From: an uncultured Bacilli bacterium
GTDB lineage: Bacteria > Bacillota_I > Bacilli_A > RF39 > UBA660
DNA: 64,000 nt
Assembly: GCA_944331915.1 (NCBI GenBank)
Contig: CALVIR010000004.1
Location: forward strand, 2,427 to 66,426
Direction: 5' to 3'
Part shown: in pieces, positions 10,680 through 21,655 of the stretch
Position numbering within the stretch: position 1 is the first letter of the stretch
Layout: the number at the start of each line of letters is the position of its first letter
Made by a program: the position numbers and the translations under genes
Notes under the pieces: model-generated
The model's database searches: none
The model's input: the letters and a program-made list of their open reading frames with translations, nothing else
What the model was told of the DNA's origin: nothing

Positions 10680-12418
10680 ACTTTTTAAATTCTGTGGAAA
10701 AAGATATTTTAAAGACATTTAAAGAAAATGATATACAGCTAGATGAGGTAAAACTTATTCCTAGTAGTAAAAAAGAACTAGGCGATTATCAAATAAATGA
10801 TGCGATGCGTCTTGCTAAAATAATGCATAAATCTCCAAGAGAAATAGCTGAGTTGTTAGTTAAATGTTTAGAAGAAACTACTTACTTTGAAAATATTAAT
10901 ATTGCGGGTCCTGGTTTTATTAATTTAAGTTTTAAAAAAGAGTTATTAACAGGATATGTGAAAAAAGTTATTTCTGATTCCACAAAAGATGTGGAAAACT
11001 TAGAAGAAGAGAAAATAATTATTGACTACGGTGGTGCTAATATTGCTAAAACCCTTCATGTAGGTCACTTACGTAGTGCTAATTTAGGAGAAGCAATAAA
11101 AAGATTAGCAAGACGTCTTGGTAAAGATGTTATCGCTGATGTTCATTTTGGTGATATTGGAAGACAATCTGGTATGATTATCTATGAACTTAAAGAAAGA
11201 TATCCCAATCTTAACTATTTTAGTGGTAAGGAAGAAGAAAAATGGGATGACTTACCTATAACAGGTGAAGATTTAGAAGAAATTTATCCCACTGCTAGTA
11301 CTAAAGCTAAAGCTGATGACAAGATTATGGAAGAGGTAAGAGAAATCACCGCTGAACTTGAAAAAGGTGAAAATAAAGGTTATGTAGCCTTATGGGATAA
11401 AATAAAGGAACTATCAATCAAAGATATAAAAGCCATATATAAACAAATAAACACTGATTTTGATCTTTGGAATGGCGAAAGTGATGCCTATCCTTATATA
11501 AAAGAAACCATAGATATTATGGAAAAATCAGGTTATTTAATTGAAAGTGAAGGAGCTAAAATCGTTGATGTTGTTGAAGAAACCGATAAATCACCTATGC
11601 CTCCTTTAGTTGTTATAAAAAGTAATGGAGCTACACTTTATGCTACAAGAGAACTTGCTACCATCTTATCTCGCGTAAAACAATTTGCTCCTAAAGAAAT
11701 ATGGTACTTAGCTGATATGCGTCAATCTTTATACTTTACGCAAGTCTTTAGAGCAGCCTATAAAACAAAACTAGTTCCTTCTGACTTAAAACTATCATTA
11801 TATGGCTTTGGAACTGTCAATGGTACAGATGGTAAACCATTTAAAACAAGAGATGGTAATGCTGCTACTTTAAAAGGCTTAATAAAAGATGTTAAAGAAG
11901 AAATACTTACTCACATGAATAAAGATCTAGATAACAAAGATATGATTGCTAACCAAATCGCCATTGCCGCCATTAAATATGCTGACTTTTTACCAAACAG
12001 AACCACTGACTACATCTTTGAACCTAGTAAATTTATCGATGTTGAAGGTAAAACTGGTCCTTATATTCTTTATAATACCATTCGTATGAAATCAATATTA
12101 GAAAAAGCAACTGCTAAAAATTTAAAATATGCTAAATATACAAATGTACCAACAAATACAGAAAAAGAAATAATACTTTTACTAATGGAAAAGAATAATA
12201 TTCTCCATAAAGCCTATAATAATAAAGACTTAAGTCCTATCGCTGATTATTTATATAATCTAACTAGTCTTTTTAGTCGTTTTTATGAAGAAAATCATAT
12301 TTTAACCGAACAAGACCAAGAGAAACAAGAAAGTTGGCTTACTCTTACTTACCTAGTAAAAATTACAAATGAAGAGCTTCTTTCTATTCTTGCTATTGAC
12401 ATTCCTGAAAGAATGTAA
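10676..12418 (+). CDS. argS: Arginine--tRNA ligase
   Basis: Class I synthetase HIGH-type motif (KTLHVGHLRS), anticodon-binding C-terminus, ends in ..ERM. ATG 10676 follows GGAGG. Confidence 0.95.
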   Translation: MNFLNSVEKDILKTFKENDIQLDEVKLIPSSKKELGDYQINDAMRLAKIMHKSPREIAELLVKCLEETTYFENINIAGPGFINLSFKKELLTGYVKKVISDSTKDVENLEEEKIIIDYGGANIAKTLHVGHLRSANLGEAIKRLARRLGKDVIADVHFGDIGRQSGMIIYELKERYPNLNYFSGKEEEKWDDLPITGEDLEEIYPTASTKAKADDKIMEEVREITAELEKGENKGYVALWDKIKELSIKDIKAIYKQINTDFDLWNGESDAYPYIKETIDIMEKSGYLIESEGAKIVDVVEETDKSPMPPLVVIKSNGATLYATRELATILSRVKQFAPKEIWYLADMRQSLYFTQVFRAAYKTKLVPSDLKLSLYGFGTVNGTDGKPFKTRDGNAATLKGLIKDVKEEILTHMNKDLDNKDMIANQIAIAAIKYADFLPNRTTDYIFEPSKFIDVEGKTGPYILYNTIRMKSILEKATAKNLKYAKYTNVPTNTEKEIILLLMEKNNILHKAYNNKDLSPIADYLYNLTSLFSRFYEENHILTEQDQEKQESWLTLTYLVKITNEELLSILAIDIPERM

Positions 12419-12460
12419 AACGTCCAATTTTGTAAAAATATATAAATATTAAAAAAAGTA

Positions 12461-12489
12461 TTGCCTTTTACATTAATTCATGCTATAAG
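12461..12489 (+). promoter_or_regulatory. Sigma-A type promoter for rpoE (TTGCCT-17-TGcTATAAG)
   Basis: Hexamers and spacing read directly from the sequence. Confidence 0.55.
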
Positions 12490-12557
12490 TTTATATGATT
12501 TTATTCACAAAGAAAAAATTATCGCATATAATGCTCGTAGCTATAGGAGGAATTGTA

Positions 12558-13007
12558 ATGAAATTAGCTAAAATGAAAAAAGAAGACTTAGAGCTATTAT
12601 CTCATAAAGATATAAGCTATTATATATTAGAAGAAGAAGGAAAAATGAACACTGCTGATCTATTTAGACGTGTTGTTACTCTTCTAGAATTACCAGAAAA
12701 AACTTATGAAGAAAAGATTGGTGACTACTATACCTTATTGACAACTGATAAACGTTTTATCATGTTAGAGGATGGAAATTGGGATTTAAGAAGCCGTCAT
12801 ACTTCTGATAAGATTGTTAAAGTAACAGAAGAAGATGAAGATGAGGAAGATGAAGAAGAAATAAAAGAAGATACTATTCTTCCTGATGAAATAGAAGAAG
12901 ACAACTACGACTCTGGTGATACAGATGAAGATGATGACTTTGTTGATGCTGATGAAGACCTAAAAGATTTAGTTGTTGTTGATGAAGAAGACTTAGAAGA
13001 GAGCTAA
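12558..13007 (+). CDS. rpoE: DNA-directed RNA polymerase delta subunit
   Basis: N-terminal HARE-HTH-like domain (LSHKDISYYILEE..., TTDKRFIMLEDGNWDLR) followed by a long Asp/Glu tail. RBS AGGAGG before ATG 12558. Confidence 0.9.
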   Translation: MKLAKMKKEDLELLSHKDISYYILEEEGKMNTADLFRRVVTLLELPEKTYEEKIGDYYTLLTTDKRFIMLEDGNWDLRSRHTSDKIVKVTEEDEDEEDEEEIKEDTILPDEIEEDNYDSGDTDEDDDFVDADEDLKDLVVVDEEDLEES

Positions 13008-13025
13008 AATAATTTAGTTCTTTTT
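13000..13025 (+). terminator. Terminator after rpoE
   Basis: AGAGCTAAA(aataa)TTTAGTTCT (one G-U pair), then a T-run. Confidence 0.55.
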
Positions 13026-13102
13026 CTTTTTTCTGATATAATAGTTACATAATATAAAATACTAAAATATACATTGAATAAACAATTTATAAGGAGTAGG
13101 GC

Positions 13103-14350
13103 ATGAAAGAATTAATTAAGAACAAAAACCTAAAATATATATTTATAATGTTAATTTTCTTCAGCATTTCTTTTGGACTATGGAATAATTTTAGATTGCT
13201 TTGGTTAGAAGATAATAGCATAAATCCAAGTGAAATAAGTAGAATAATGAGTCTTGCGACATTTTTTGGGGCAGTATCTATAATATTTATTTCTTTAAAA
13301 ATAAGCATGACTAATATAAAAAAATTATTAAGTACTACACTTTTAATAAGAATAGTTTCCTATTTAATTCTTTTTCTTGGTTATCAACATTTACCTACTA
13401 AAATAATAGCTATACTCTTTATCTTTGATATTGCCAGTTATACAGTAGGATATTTAGCAATTTATCCATTAATTACAAGAGTTATTAAAGATGATAAGGT
13501 TTATAGTTATAGACAATTAACAGCTTATATTTGCCAAGATATAGGAGTTTTATTAGGTGGTGTTTTACTAGGTTTTACTATAGGAAATTACATTTTTGAT
13601 TACAATAGTTTTCTCTTTATTGCTTTAATTTGTTTAATTATTTCTTTTATATCCTTGTTGAAAGTTAAATTTAATAATAAAGAAAAATACAATGAGATAA
13701 AAATAAGAGACTATTTACAAGTGTTAAAAAAAGACAAAATATCAAGTTTATATTTATTTTATATTCTAATAAGTCATATATCTTATAATTGTGCTTTAGG
13801 TATGCAAATGTTAATACTAACTAATATTTTATCAATCCCTTCCAAAACAGCCACGTTTTACTTTTTGTTAATGGGAATATTAGCAGATATTTTTGGAGTT
13901 TTTGCTTTAAAGAAACTAACACCTAAAAGTGATTATTTAACTATTTTACTCAAATTTGGTCTAAGAATGTTAGGATATTCTTTAGTTTTTTTCTTTCCAA
14001 CCAAAGAGATGACCTTGATAGCTATGACCATATCTCTATTCTTTTCTACTGCATATGAGAACAAAACTGATGCTATATATATAAATAGAATAGACACCAA
14101 ATATCAATTGTTATTTTCTAACTTAAGAAAATTAGTTGGTAGCCTAGGTGACTCTATTGGCTTATATATAACTGGTATTTTATTTGTATTTGGTTCTAAA
14201 TATATTTTTGGAGTTGCTGCTCTAATAGGATTTGTTCAAATTTCTTTAGCACTATATCTTGTGTACCTAAGAAAAAAATCTGATAATTCAAAATTTAACA
14301 GCATTAACAGCATTAACAGCACTAACATCACTCATGATATGATAGAATAA
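13103..14350 (+). CDS. MFS-type transporter (about 12 TM)
   Basis: 415 aa, highly hydrophobic with about 12 predicted helices. RBS AAGGAG. Substrate unknown. Confidence 0.65.
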   Translation: MKELIKNKNLKYIFIMLIFFSISFGLWNNFRLLWLEDNSINPSEISRIMSLATFFGAVSIIFISLKISMTNIKKLLSTTLLIRIVSYLILFLGYQHLPTKIIAILFIFDIASYTVGYLAIYPLITRVIKDDKVYSYRQLTAYICQDIGVLLGGVLLGFTIGNYIFDYNSFLFIALICLIISFISLLKVKFNNKEKYNEIKIRDYLQVLKKDKISSLYLFYILISHISYNCALGMQMLILTNILSIPSKTATFYFLLMGILADIFGVFALKKLTPKSDYLTILLKFGLRMLGYSLVFFFPTKEMTLIAMTISLFFSTAYENKTDAIYINRIDTKYQLLFSNLRKLVGSLGDSIGLYITGILFVFGSKYIFGVAALIGFVQISLALYLVYLRKKSDNSKFNSINSINSTNITHDMIE

Positions 14351-14457
14351 ATGTATTTCTTCTGAATAATTGTTTTAAAGAAGCTTCGTTTTAACAAAAC
14401 ATTGTATTTAAAATTAACCTATGCTATAATTACAAAGAAAAAGAAAGGACTGGTTAT

Positions 14458-15525
14458 ATGATCGAACGTCTTGAAGCAACTGAAAAGAAATATGAAGATT
14501 TAAAACAGCAACTTATGAGTGAAGAGGTTTTAAAAGATATTAATAAAACAAGAGAACTATCTAAAGAAATGGCCGATTTAGAAGAAACTGTAACTGTATA
14601 TCGTGAGTATAAAAAAGTTCTTGACGCCATCCCTGAAACTAAAGAAATGCTTAAAGATGCTGAACTTAAAGATATTGCTAAAGAAGAATTAAAAGATTTA
14701 GAAGCTAAAAAAGAAAAATTAGAACATGATTTGGAAATTTTACTAATTCCTAAAGATCCTAACGATGATAAAAACGTTATTGTCGAAATTAGAGGAGCTG
14801 CAGGAGGAGATGAAGCCAATATCTTTGCTGGTGACCTTTATAGAATGTACTCTAAATATGCGGAAAAAGAAGGTTTAAAAATTGAACTTATCGATGCAGA
14901 AGAAGGAACAGCTGGAGGTTTTAGTCAAATCGAATTTATGGTAAAAGGTCATGGTGCTTATTCAAAATTAAAATATGAAAGTGGTTCTCACAGAGTTCAA
15001 CGTGTCCCTGTAACTGAAAGTAATGGTCGTATTCAAACCTCAACCGCTACCGTTTTAGTTATGCCAGAAGCTGAAGATGTTAATATTGAAATAAATCCTG
15101 CTGACCTTAGAATCGATATCTATCGTTCTTCAGGTTGTGGTGGTCAAGGTGTAAACACCACTGATAGTGCTGTAAGAATTACCCATTTACCTACTAATAC
15201 TGTTGTGACTTGTCAAAATGAACGTAGTCAAATTCAAAATAAAGAACAAGCGATGAAAGTTTTAAAAGCTCGTCTTTATGAACAAGAATTACGTCGTCAA
15301 GAAGAAGAATTAGGTGAATCCCGTCGTAATAAAATTGGCACAGGAGACCGTGCGGAAAAAATTAGAACCTATAATTACCCTCAAAACAGAGTAACAGATC
15401 ATCGTATCGGTTATACTACTAATAATCTTGATCGGGTTATGAATGGTGATTTAGCTGAAATAATTGAAGCCTTAACTATGGAAGATCAACGACGTAAACT
15501 TGCAGGAGAAACTAATGACCGTTGA
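14458..15525 (+). CDS. prfA: Peptide chain release factor 1
   Basis: PVT tripeptide ([10 protein letters not shown]) and GGQ motif ([20 protein letters not shown]). Confidence 0.97.
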   Translation: MIERLEATEKKYEDLKQQLMSEEVLKDINKTRELSKEMADLEETVTVYREYKKVLDAIPETKEMLKDAELKDIAKEELKDLEAKKEKLEHDLEILLIPKDPNDDKNVIVEIRGAAGGDEANIFAGDLYRMYSKYAEKEGLKIELIDAEEGTAGGFSQIEFMVKGHGAYSKLKYESGSHRVQRVPVTESNGRIQTSTATVLVMPEAEDVNIEINPADLRIDIYRSSGCGGQGVNTTDSAVRITHLPTNTVVTCQNERSQIQNKEQAMKVLKARLYEQELRRQEEELGESRRNKIGTGDRAEKIRTYNYPQNRVTDHRIGYTTNNLDRVMNGDLAEIIEALTMEDQRRKLAGETNDR

Positions 15526-16342
15526 GGAATTAATTATTTATGGTAAAAAATATACCAGTAGTGCTCATGCTAAAATGCTCTTAGCTTCCTATTTAGAGGT
15601 TAATCCCTTAGAATTATTAACAATACTAGATAGAAAAGTAGATGAAGAGACTATTTCTCTTTATAAAAAATCTCTTGAAGCTCTAAAAGAAAATAGACCT
15701 ATTCAATATGTAATAGGTCATGTTAATTTCTATGGTTCCACCTTTTATATTAATGAAAATGTTTTAATACCACGTTTTGAAACCGAAGAACTCGTTGCAA
15801 ATATTAAAGACTATCTAGAAAGTAATAATATTGAAACTCCCAAAATTTTAGATCTAGGCTGCGGTAGTGGTGTCATTGGTCTAACCTTAAAAAAATTCTT
15901 TCCTAATGCCACTGTAACTTTAATAGATATAAGTAATGCTGCTTTAGAGGTTGCTAAAACTAACGCTAAAAATCTTAATTTAAATGTTAGATTTATCCAA
16001 AGTGACTGGCTTGCTAGTATTCCTTTAGAAAAATACGATATTATTGTTTCTAATCCTCCCTATATCAAGACTAATGAAGAAATAGAAGAAATAGTCAAAA
16101 ATAATGAACCACATCTTGCCTTATATGCTGGCATCGATGGTCTAGATTCCTATCGAAAAATTTTAAAAGATATAAACAAATATCTAAACAAAACTTTTCT
16201 TCTTGCCTTTGAAATAGGTTGTGAACAAGGAAAGGATTTATATAAACTAGTAAATGACACTTTTGAAAATGTTACTATAACGATAAAAAAAGATCTAAGT
16301 AATAAAGATAGAATGTTATTTGTCGAAAAAAATAGTGATTAA
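15515..16342 (+). CDS. prmC: Release factor glutamine N5-methyltransferase
   Basis: SAM-binding [10 protein letters not shown] and catalytic NPPY. It overlaps the prfA stop. ATG 15515 follows AGGAG. Confidence 0.92.
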   Translation: MTVEELIIYGKKYTSSAHAKMLLASYLEVNPLELLTILDRKVDEETISLYKKSLEALKENRPIQYVIGHVNFYGSTFYINENVLIPRFETEELVANIKDYLESNNIETPKILDLGCGSGVIGLTLKKFFPNATVTLIDISNAALEVAKTNAKNLNLNVRFIQSDWLASIPLEKYDIIVSNPPYIKTNEEIEEIVKNNEPHLALYAGIDGLDSYRKILKDINKYLNKTFLLAFEIGCEQGKDLYKLVNDTFENVTITIKKDLSNKDRMLFVEKNSD

Positions 16343-16397
16343 AAATTAGAAATACCACTCATTATCTAAGTAAAGAAAGGGTGGTGTTTTTAATACC

Positions 16398-16925
16398 ATG
16401 AAAAAATATTTAATCTTAGCAAGTCTCCTTTTAGCATTTATTCCTAATTTAAACCAAGAAGATGAAGAAATTATTATTCCCGATGAAGCGATTAGATTCC
16501 GGGTTGTAGCAAAAAGTAATAGTCCTGAAGATCAAAACACAAAAACTATTATCAAAACTGCTTTAGAAGAAGAATTAGTTAAACTTTTACAAGATAGTGA
16601 AAGTATAACTGACACAAGAACTATTCTTAAGGCAAACATTACTAACTTTGAAAACATAATTCAAAAGACCTTATTAGCAAACAGAATTACTACAACCTAT
16701 AAAGTAAGTTATGGCTTAAACTATTTTCCTTATAAAACATATAAAGGTGTTACCTATGAAGAAGGTTATTACGAATCTCTTGTTGTTACCTTAGGAGCAG
16801 GTAATGGTGATAATTGGTGGTGTGTCTTATTTCCTCCTCTATGTTTAATGGAAGGAGAAATAACTGATAGTAGTGATATTGAATATAAATCTTTTGTCAA
16901 AGAGATGATTGATAAATATCTATAA
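16398..16925 (+). CDS. spoIIR: Stage II sporulation protein R
   Basis: Signal/anchor segment, IRFRVVAKSNSPEDQ, and the GDNWWCVLFPPLC motif characteristic of SpoIIR. Confidence 0.8.
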   Translation: MKKYLILASLLLAFIPNLNQEDEEIIIPDEAIRFRVVAKSNSPEDQNTKTIIKTALEEELVKLLQDSESITDTRTILKANITNFENIIQKTLLANRITTTYKVSYGLNYFPYKTYKGVTYEEGYYESLVVTLGAGNGDNWWCVLFPPLCLMEGEITDSSDIEYKSFVKEMIDKYL

Positions 16926-16967
16926 TAAATACTTATATGTCCTCATACTATAAAAAGAGGAGGCCAT

Positions 16968-17504
16968 ATGAGCATAATAACTTTAATTATCTTAGGTATT
17001 TCTTTAAGTCTTGATGCTTTTTCTCTTTCTATTATCTATGGAACCTTTATCTATTCAAAAAAAATAAAATTATTTTTAAGTTTAACTGTTGGCATCTTTC
17101 ATTTTATAATGCCCTTATTAGGTAGTTACATTGGTTCCTTTATAATTGCTAATTTCATTAGTGATCCTGATATCTTAGTTGCTATTATTTTTACAGTTTT
17201 AAGTATAGAAATGCTTTTAAGTATTAAAGACTTAGATCAAAATACCAAAGAATTTAAAAATATTCTTGAAGCCCTATTTTTTGCTTTTAGTGTCAGTATT
17301 GATAGTTTTACTGTTGGTATTGCTTTAGGTAGCGGTGAAGAAAATGTCGTAACAGCAGGCCTTATTTTTGCTTTTCTTAGTGGCCTTTTTACTTTTTGTG
17401 GTTTAAATATTGGTACCAAGTTAAGTTTAAAATTTGGTAAACTTGCTAATGTTATTGGGAGCATCTTACTTTTAATTTTAGCCATAGCCCATTTTTTTGA
17501 ATAA
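16968..17504 (+). CDS. mntP: Manganese efflux pump MntP family
   Basis: 178 aa, 6 TM, with duplicated LSLDAFS / SIDSFTVG motifs typical of MntP (DUF204). Confidence 0.8.
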   Translation: MSIITLIILGISLSLDAFSLSIIYGTFIYSKKIKLFLSLTVGIFHFIMPLLGSYIGSFIIANFISDPDILVAIIFTVLSIEMLLSIKDLDQNTKEFKNILEALFFAFSVSIDSFTVGIALGSGEENVVTAGLIFAFLSGLFTFCGLNIGTKLSLKFGKLANVIGSILLLILAIAHFFE

Positions 17505-17560
17505 CTATTTAAAAAAAGGTAAAACTATTACTGGGTGAAATTTTAATGGAGGAAAAAAGA

Positions 17561-17656
17561 ATGATTAATGATGAAGAAATGGAAGAAATTATGAAAAAAG
17601 AAATTCTTCCCTTAATATATCATTATCAAAACCCAAACCAAAAAAGAAGCCACTAA
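17561..17656 (+). CDS. Candidate 31-aa small protein ([31 protein letters not shown])
   Basis: GGAGG lies 8 nt upstream of the ATG, and the stop codon is embedded in a terminator hairpin. No homolog recognised. Confidence 0.3.
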   Translation: MINDEEMEEIMKKEILPLIYHYQNPNQKRSH

Positions 17657-17671
17657 AGCTTCTTTTTCTTT
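17644..17671 (+). terminator. Terminator after the small ORF downstream of mntP
   Basis: AAGAAGC(cactaaa)GCTTCTT followed by TTCTTTT. Confidence 0.65.
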
Positions 17672-17699
17672 TGACAAACTATCCATAATTGCTTATGAT
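17671..17699 (+). promoter_or_regulatory. Sigma-A type promoter for fba (TTGACA-17-TATGAT)
   Basis: Consensus -35 box, 17-nt spacer. Confidence 0.6.
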
Positions 17700-17720
17700 A
17701 TATATGAAAGGTTGGTTTAT

Positions 17721-18590
17721 ATGCTTGTAAATTTTAATGAAATGTTAAACGATGCTAAAAAAAGAAAATATGCTGTTCCTCATTTTAATATTAATAATTT
17801 AGAATGGACTCGTTATATTCTTGAAAAAATGCAGGAACTAAAGTTACCTGTAATATTAGGAGTTAGTGAAGGAGCAGCGAGATATATGGGTGGTTTTTAT
17901 ACTGCTAGATTAATAGTTGAAGGTTTAATTAAAGACCTCCAAATTACCATTCCTGTTTGTCTTCATTTAGATCATGGTAGTAGTTTTGAAAGCTGCAAGG
18001 AAGCAATTGATGCTGGTTTTTCTTCTGTAATGATTGATGCCAGTAGATTTGATTTAGAAACAAATAAAAAAATAACCAAAGAAGTAGTTGATTATGCTCA
18101 TCCTGAAGGTGTAAGCGTTGAAGCTGAAGTAGGGCATGTAGGTGGTACTGAAGATAATGTTTATGGTGATGTCTTTAGAGCTACTTTAGAAGACTGTCTT
18201 GAACTTGCCACAACTGGAATAGATGCTATCGCTCCAGCCCTTGGTTCCGTTCATGGTCTTTATAAAGGAGAACCAAACTTAGATTTTAGCCGTATGCAAG
18301 AAATAAATGAGGCTCTATCTATCCCTTTAGTTCTTCATGGAGGTACTGGTATTCCTTATGATATGATAGAAAAAGCAATTTCCTGTGGTATTAGTAAAAT
18401 AAATATCAATACGGAACTTCAAGTAACTTGGAGTAAAGCAGTTAGAGAATTTTTATCTTCAAATCAAAATGTCTATGATCCTCGTAAAATAATTGGTAGT
18501 GGTAAACTTGCTATGCAAGATAAAATAGAAGAATTAACAAAAGTTTTTAACCCACAATTATTAGTCCCATCTAATACCAATTTAATATAA
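17721..18590 (+). CDS. fba: Class II fructose-1,6-bisphosphate aldolase
   Basis: [21 protein letters not shown] and LVLHGGTG motifs. I prefer ATG 17721 over the track's TTG 17712. Confidence 0.93.
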   Translation: MLVNFNEMLNDAKKRKYAVPHFNINNLEWTRYILEKMQELKLPVILGVSEGAARYMGGFYTARLIVEGLIKDLQITIPVCLHLDHGSSFESCKEAIDAGFSSVMIDASRFDLETNKKITKEVVDYAHPEGVSVEAEVGHVGGTEDNVYGDVFRATLEDCLELATTGIDAIAPALGSVHGLYKGEPNLDFSRMQEINEALSIPLVLHGGTGIPYDMIEKAISCGISKININTELQVTWSKAVREFLSSNQNVYDPRKIIGSGKLAMQDKIEELTKVFNPQLLVPSNTNLI

Positions 18591-18616
18591 TATAGTGAAA
18601 GGAAGTAGTTATAATT

Positions 18617-19870
18617 ATGAAAATACTTGAAATTGAAGGTGGCACTAAATTAAGTGGAACAATTAGAATAAGTGGTGCTAAAAACAGTGTTGTTGCCCTA
18701 ATACCTGCGGCTATTCTTTCTTCCGAAGATGTTACCATTTGCAATGTCCCTGATATCACTGATACTAATGCCTTATGTGATATTCTTGAATATCTAAATG
18801 TTAACATTAAACGCGCTACAGAATCTATTGTTATTAACAGTAGTACTATGCAAAATAAAGAAATTCCTGATAGTTATACTAAGAAATTACGTGCTTCATA
18901 TTATTTCATGGGTGCTTTATTAGGTAAATACAAAAAAGTTACTATGGCTTTGCCAGGTGGATGTTCCATCGGGGCAAGACCAATTAATCTTCACTTAAAA
19001 GGCTTTGAAGCTTTAGGAGCTACTGTTACCAATACCGATAACATCTATACAGTTGAAGCCAAAGAATTAAAAGGCGCAAATATCTATCTTGATTTTGCTA
19101 GTGTTGGTGCAACTATAAACATTATGCTTGCTGCTGTACTAGCTAAAGGAACTACGATTATTGATAATGCAGCTAAAGAACCAGAAATTGTTAATGTTGC
19201 GACTCTTTTAAACAATATGGGAGCTAAGATTAGAGGGGCTGGTACTAGTAGTATTGAAATAACAGGGGTGGAAAAATTAGGAAAATGTTTCCATGAGGTC
19301 ATACCAGATCGTATTGAAGCCGGTACTTATGTTATTTTAGGAGCAGCTATTGGTGATAATTTAAAAATTGCTAATATCATCCCTGAACATATTGAAGCCT
19401 TAACTAGTAAACTAGAAGAAATGGGTGTTTTCCTAGATATCGGTGCTGACTATATCATCGTTAGCAGTGGTAAAAACTATAAGCCAATTAATGTTAAAAC
19501 TCAAACATATCCAGGTTTTGCTACCGATCTTCAACAACCACTAACACCATTATTAACTATGTGTAATGGTCAAAGCAAAATCGAAGAAACAATCTATGAA
19601 AATCGTTTTATGCATATTCCATACTTAAATCAAATGAATGCTAATATAAGAGTAAAAAATCAAACTTCAACTATAATTGGTCCTACTAGTTTAGTCGGCG
19701 CTGATGTTGTTGCAACTGATTTAAGAGCCGGTGCTTCCCTTGTCATCGCTGGCCTTATGGCTAAAGGTATTACGAGAATAACTAATGTGGAACACATTTT
19801 AAGAGGTTATGAAAATATTGTTGAAAAATTAATTGATGTTGGTGCTAAATTAGAAATTAGAGAAATATAA
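18617..19870 (+). CDS. murA: UDP-N-acetylglucosamine 1-carboxyvinyltransferase
   Basis: 417 aa: KL.G...ISGAKNS, active-site region LPGGCSIGARPI. Adjacent to fba, like Bacillus murAB. Confidence 0.95.
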   Translation: MKILEIEGGTKLSGTIRISGAKNSVVALIPAAILSSEDVTICNVPDITDTNALCDILEYLNVNIKRATESIVINSSTMQNKEIPDSYTKKLRASYYFMGALLGKYKKVTMALPGGCSIGARPINLHLKGFEALGATVTNTDNIYTVEAKELKGANIYLDFASVGATINIMLAAVLAKGTTIIDNAAKEPEIVNVATLLNNMGAKIRGAGTSSIEITGVEKLGKCFHEVIPDRIEAGTYVILGAAIGDNLKIANIIPEHIEALTSKLEEMGVFLDIGADYIIVSSGKNYKPINVKTQTYPGFATDLQQPLTPLLTMCNGQSKIEETIYENRFMHIPYLNQMNANIRVKNQTSTIIGPTSLVGADVVATDLRAGASLVIAGLMAKGITRITNVEHILRGYENIVEKLIDVGAKLEIREI

Positions 19871-19906
19871 ATATAATATAAATCTCTAATTTTTTTGGAG
19901 GCCAAA

Positions 19907-20644
19907 ATGAAACATAAAAAACTAATATTTTTCTTTCTCCTCATTGTTTTTGTATATTTAATCTACTATTTTAACCATGATACTAAAATTACCTATTTAG
20001 CTTTAGGAGATTCTCTTAGTGTTGGCATAGATTCTAATGGTAATACTAACTATGGCTATAGTAACTATCTTGCTAATTATTTAAAAGAACATGATAATCT
20101 AAACTATTATACTAATGACTTTGCTAGTACAACTGCAAGAATAGATGATTTGCTCTATAACCTAGAAATAAATCAAACTATTACTATTGATAATACAAAA
20201 ATATCACTAAAAAAATGTCTTCAAGACGCAGATTTAGTCACTTTATCAATTGGCATGAATGATCTTTTAGCAGATTTAACTTTATCCACAACCTCTGTGG
20301 ATAATTTGTCCAATGAAGAAATTACAACAATAAGTGATAGTATTATTAAAGATTTAGAAGAACTCTTTAAAGAAATACGTAAATACTGTAAAAAACAAAT
20401 TATATTTCTTAACTACTATAATCCTTATATAACCTCATCACCATCTTTAGATCGTTTATTTACCTATATAAATAATAATACAGAACAATTAACTGTTAAA
20501 TATAATATTGATTATATAGATATTTACACTCCTTTTAAAAATAATAATTCTTACCTTTCTAATCCAACTAATATTTATCCAACTACCACGGCTTATAACT
20601 TTATTGCAAATAAAATAATTGAAAAACACTTGTCAAATAAGTAA
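19907..20644 (+). CDS. SGNH/GDSL family hydrolase, membrane-anchored
   Basis: N-terminal TM helix; block I ALGDSLSVG; block III GMNDL. GGAGG precedes ATG 19907. Confidence 0.75.
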   Translation: MKHKKLIFFFLLIVFVYLIYYFNHDTKITYLALGDSLSVGIDSNGNTNYGYSNYLANYLKEHDNLNYYTNDFASTTARIDDLLYNLEINQTITIDNTKISLKKCLQDADLVTLSIGMNDLLADLTLSTTSVDNLSNEEITTISDSIIKDLEELFKEIRKYCKKQIIFLNYYNPYITSSPSLDRLFTYINNNTEQLTVKYNIDYIDIYTPFKNNNSYLSNPTNIYPTTTAYNFIANKIIEKHLSNK

Positions 20645-20731
20645 AAATTTGCTATATTAGGTAACGAATTAACTTACATATCCGTAAGAATTTCTATGAT
20701 AATAGTTATCATGGCGAAAGGAGAGAAAAAA

Positions 20732-20947
20732 ATGAAAAAAACAAATACTGCAAATTATAGACCATGCAAAGTTACTTGTGCTTGTGGAGAAACATTTGAA
20801 GTAATGTCTAACAAAGATGAAATCAATGTTGAAGTATGTTCAAAATGTCATCCTTTCTATACAGGCGAACAAGGAAGAGTATCTAAAGCAGGAAGAATAG
20901 ACAAATTTAATAAAAAATATGGTTTTGATAAAAAAGAGGCTGCATAA
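20732..20947 (+). CDS. rpmE: 50S ribosomal protein L31
   Basis: ..CACGE..F.V.S......[13 protein letters not shown] motif. RBS AAAGGAGAG before ATG 20732. Confidence 0.93.
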   Translation: MKKTNTANYRPCKVTCACGETFEVMSNKDEINVEVCSKCHPFYTGEQGRVSKAGRIDKFNKKYGFDKKEAA

Positions 20948-21018
20948 AAGTCTCTTTTTCTTAAATTTCTCTAAATAATGATATAATGGATATAATAAAA
21001 AAGAAAGAAGGTAAAAAA

Positions 21019-21465
21019 ATGAAATTAGGAATTGCTAGTGATCATCGTGGCTATAAATTAAAACAAGAACTTTTAAAAGAGCTGAGCAAGAAATATGAAA
21101 TAATAGATTATGGTTGTTCTAACACTGAAAGTGTTGATTATCCAGATTATGCTTTTAAATTAGGAAACGCTGTTGCTTCTAAAGAAATAGATTTTGGTAT
21201 TGCTATTTGTGGTAGTGGTATTGGCATATCTATCGCTTGTAATAAAGTAAAAGGCGTAAGAGCTTCACGTGTTTTAACCTTAGAAGATGTTATAGAAACA
21301 AGAGATGATAATGATGCTAACATCATCTGTCTAAATGAAAATATGTCTTTATCTGAATCATATAACCTTATTATAAACTTTATAACAACGCCATTTTCAA
21401 ATGAAGAACGTCATCTTCGTCGTCTTAATAAAATAAAACAATACGAGGAAACTCATGAGTGTTAA
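21019..21465 (+). CDS. rpiB: Ribose-5-phosphate isomerase B
   Basis: MKLGIASDHRGYKLK..., ICGSGIGISIACNK. Typical RpiB/LacAB family, about 148 aa. Confidence 0.92.
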   Translation: MKLGIASDHRGYKLKQELLKELSKKYEIIDYGCSNTESVDYPDYAFKLGNAVASKEIDFGIAICGSGIGISIACNKVKGVRASRVLTLEDVIETRDDNDANIICLNENMSLSESYNLIINFITTPFSNEERHLRRLNKIKQYEETHEC

Positions 21466-21655
21466 ATACTTTATCTATCTAATAGTCACTATTATAACTA
21501 TTTGGGCTTTAGACTCTATCAATATCAACGCTATTTTTAAAAAAAATAAAATTTGGCAAGCACGAGTTTTTTACTTTTTTCTAGCTTTATCAATAATTTA
21601 CTTAGTTACTAACTGCATTTATGATCTTTATAATTCTGCAATTTTTATCCAGTAA
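21455..21655 (+). CDS. DUF1146 (YwzB-like) small membrane protein
   Basis: 66 aa, two TM helices, WAL..I......FKK....QAR......LALSI.YLV pattern. Overlaps the rpiB stop. Confidence 0.6.
   Translation: MSVKYFIYLIVTIITIWALDSININAIFKKNKIWQARVFYFFLALSIIYLVTNCIYDLYNSAIFIQ

Noticed and set aside
14296-14325. A 9-nt tandem repeat (AACAGCATT x about 3) encoding NSINSINSTN at the C-terminus of the MFS transporter.
   Set aside because: It is a short, in-frame, low-complexity expansion in a non-conserved tail, with no evident functional implication.
14454-14819. A 121-aa Ser-rich minus-strand ORF. The minus-strand ORFs at 13087-13308, 17237-17485, 18571-18807, 19084-19302, 22905-23099, 24691-24897, 25131-25337, 26554-26913, 30768-30956, 31983-32207, 34923-35165, 36746-36991, 42504-42728, 44513-44695, 46518-46700, 53033-53242, 56861-57121, 57517-57720, 58645-58893 and 60006-60335, and the + strand ORF at 8326-8550, are similar.
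   Set aside because: All are antisense to, or embedded in, well-supported genes. They have biased low-complexity composition and no ribosome-binding sites. I treat them as shadow ORFs.
16926-16967. A yybP-ykoY manganese riboswitch was expected upstream of mntP.
   Set aside because: The intergenic region is only 42 nt, too short for the roughly 100+ nt four-helix riboswitch, and no matching conserved segments are visible.
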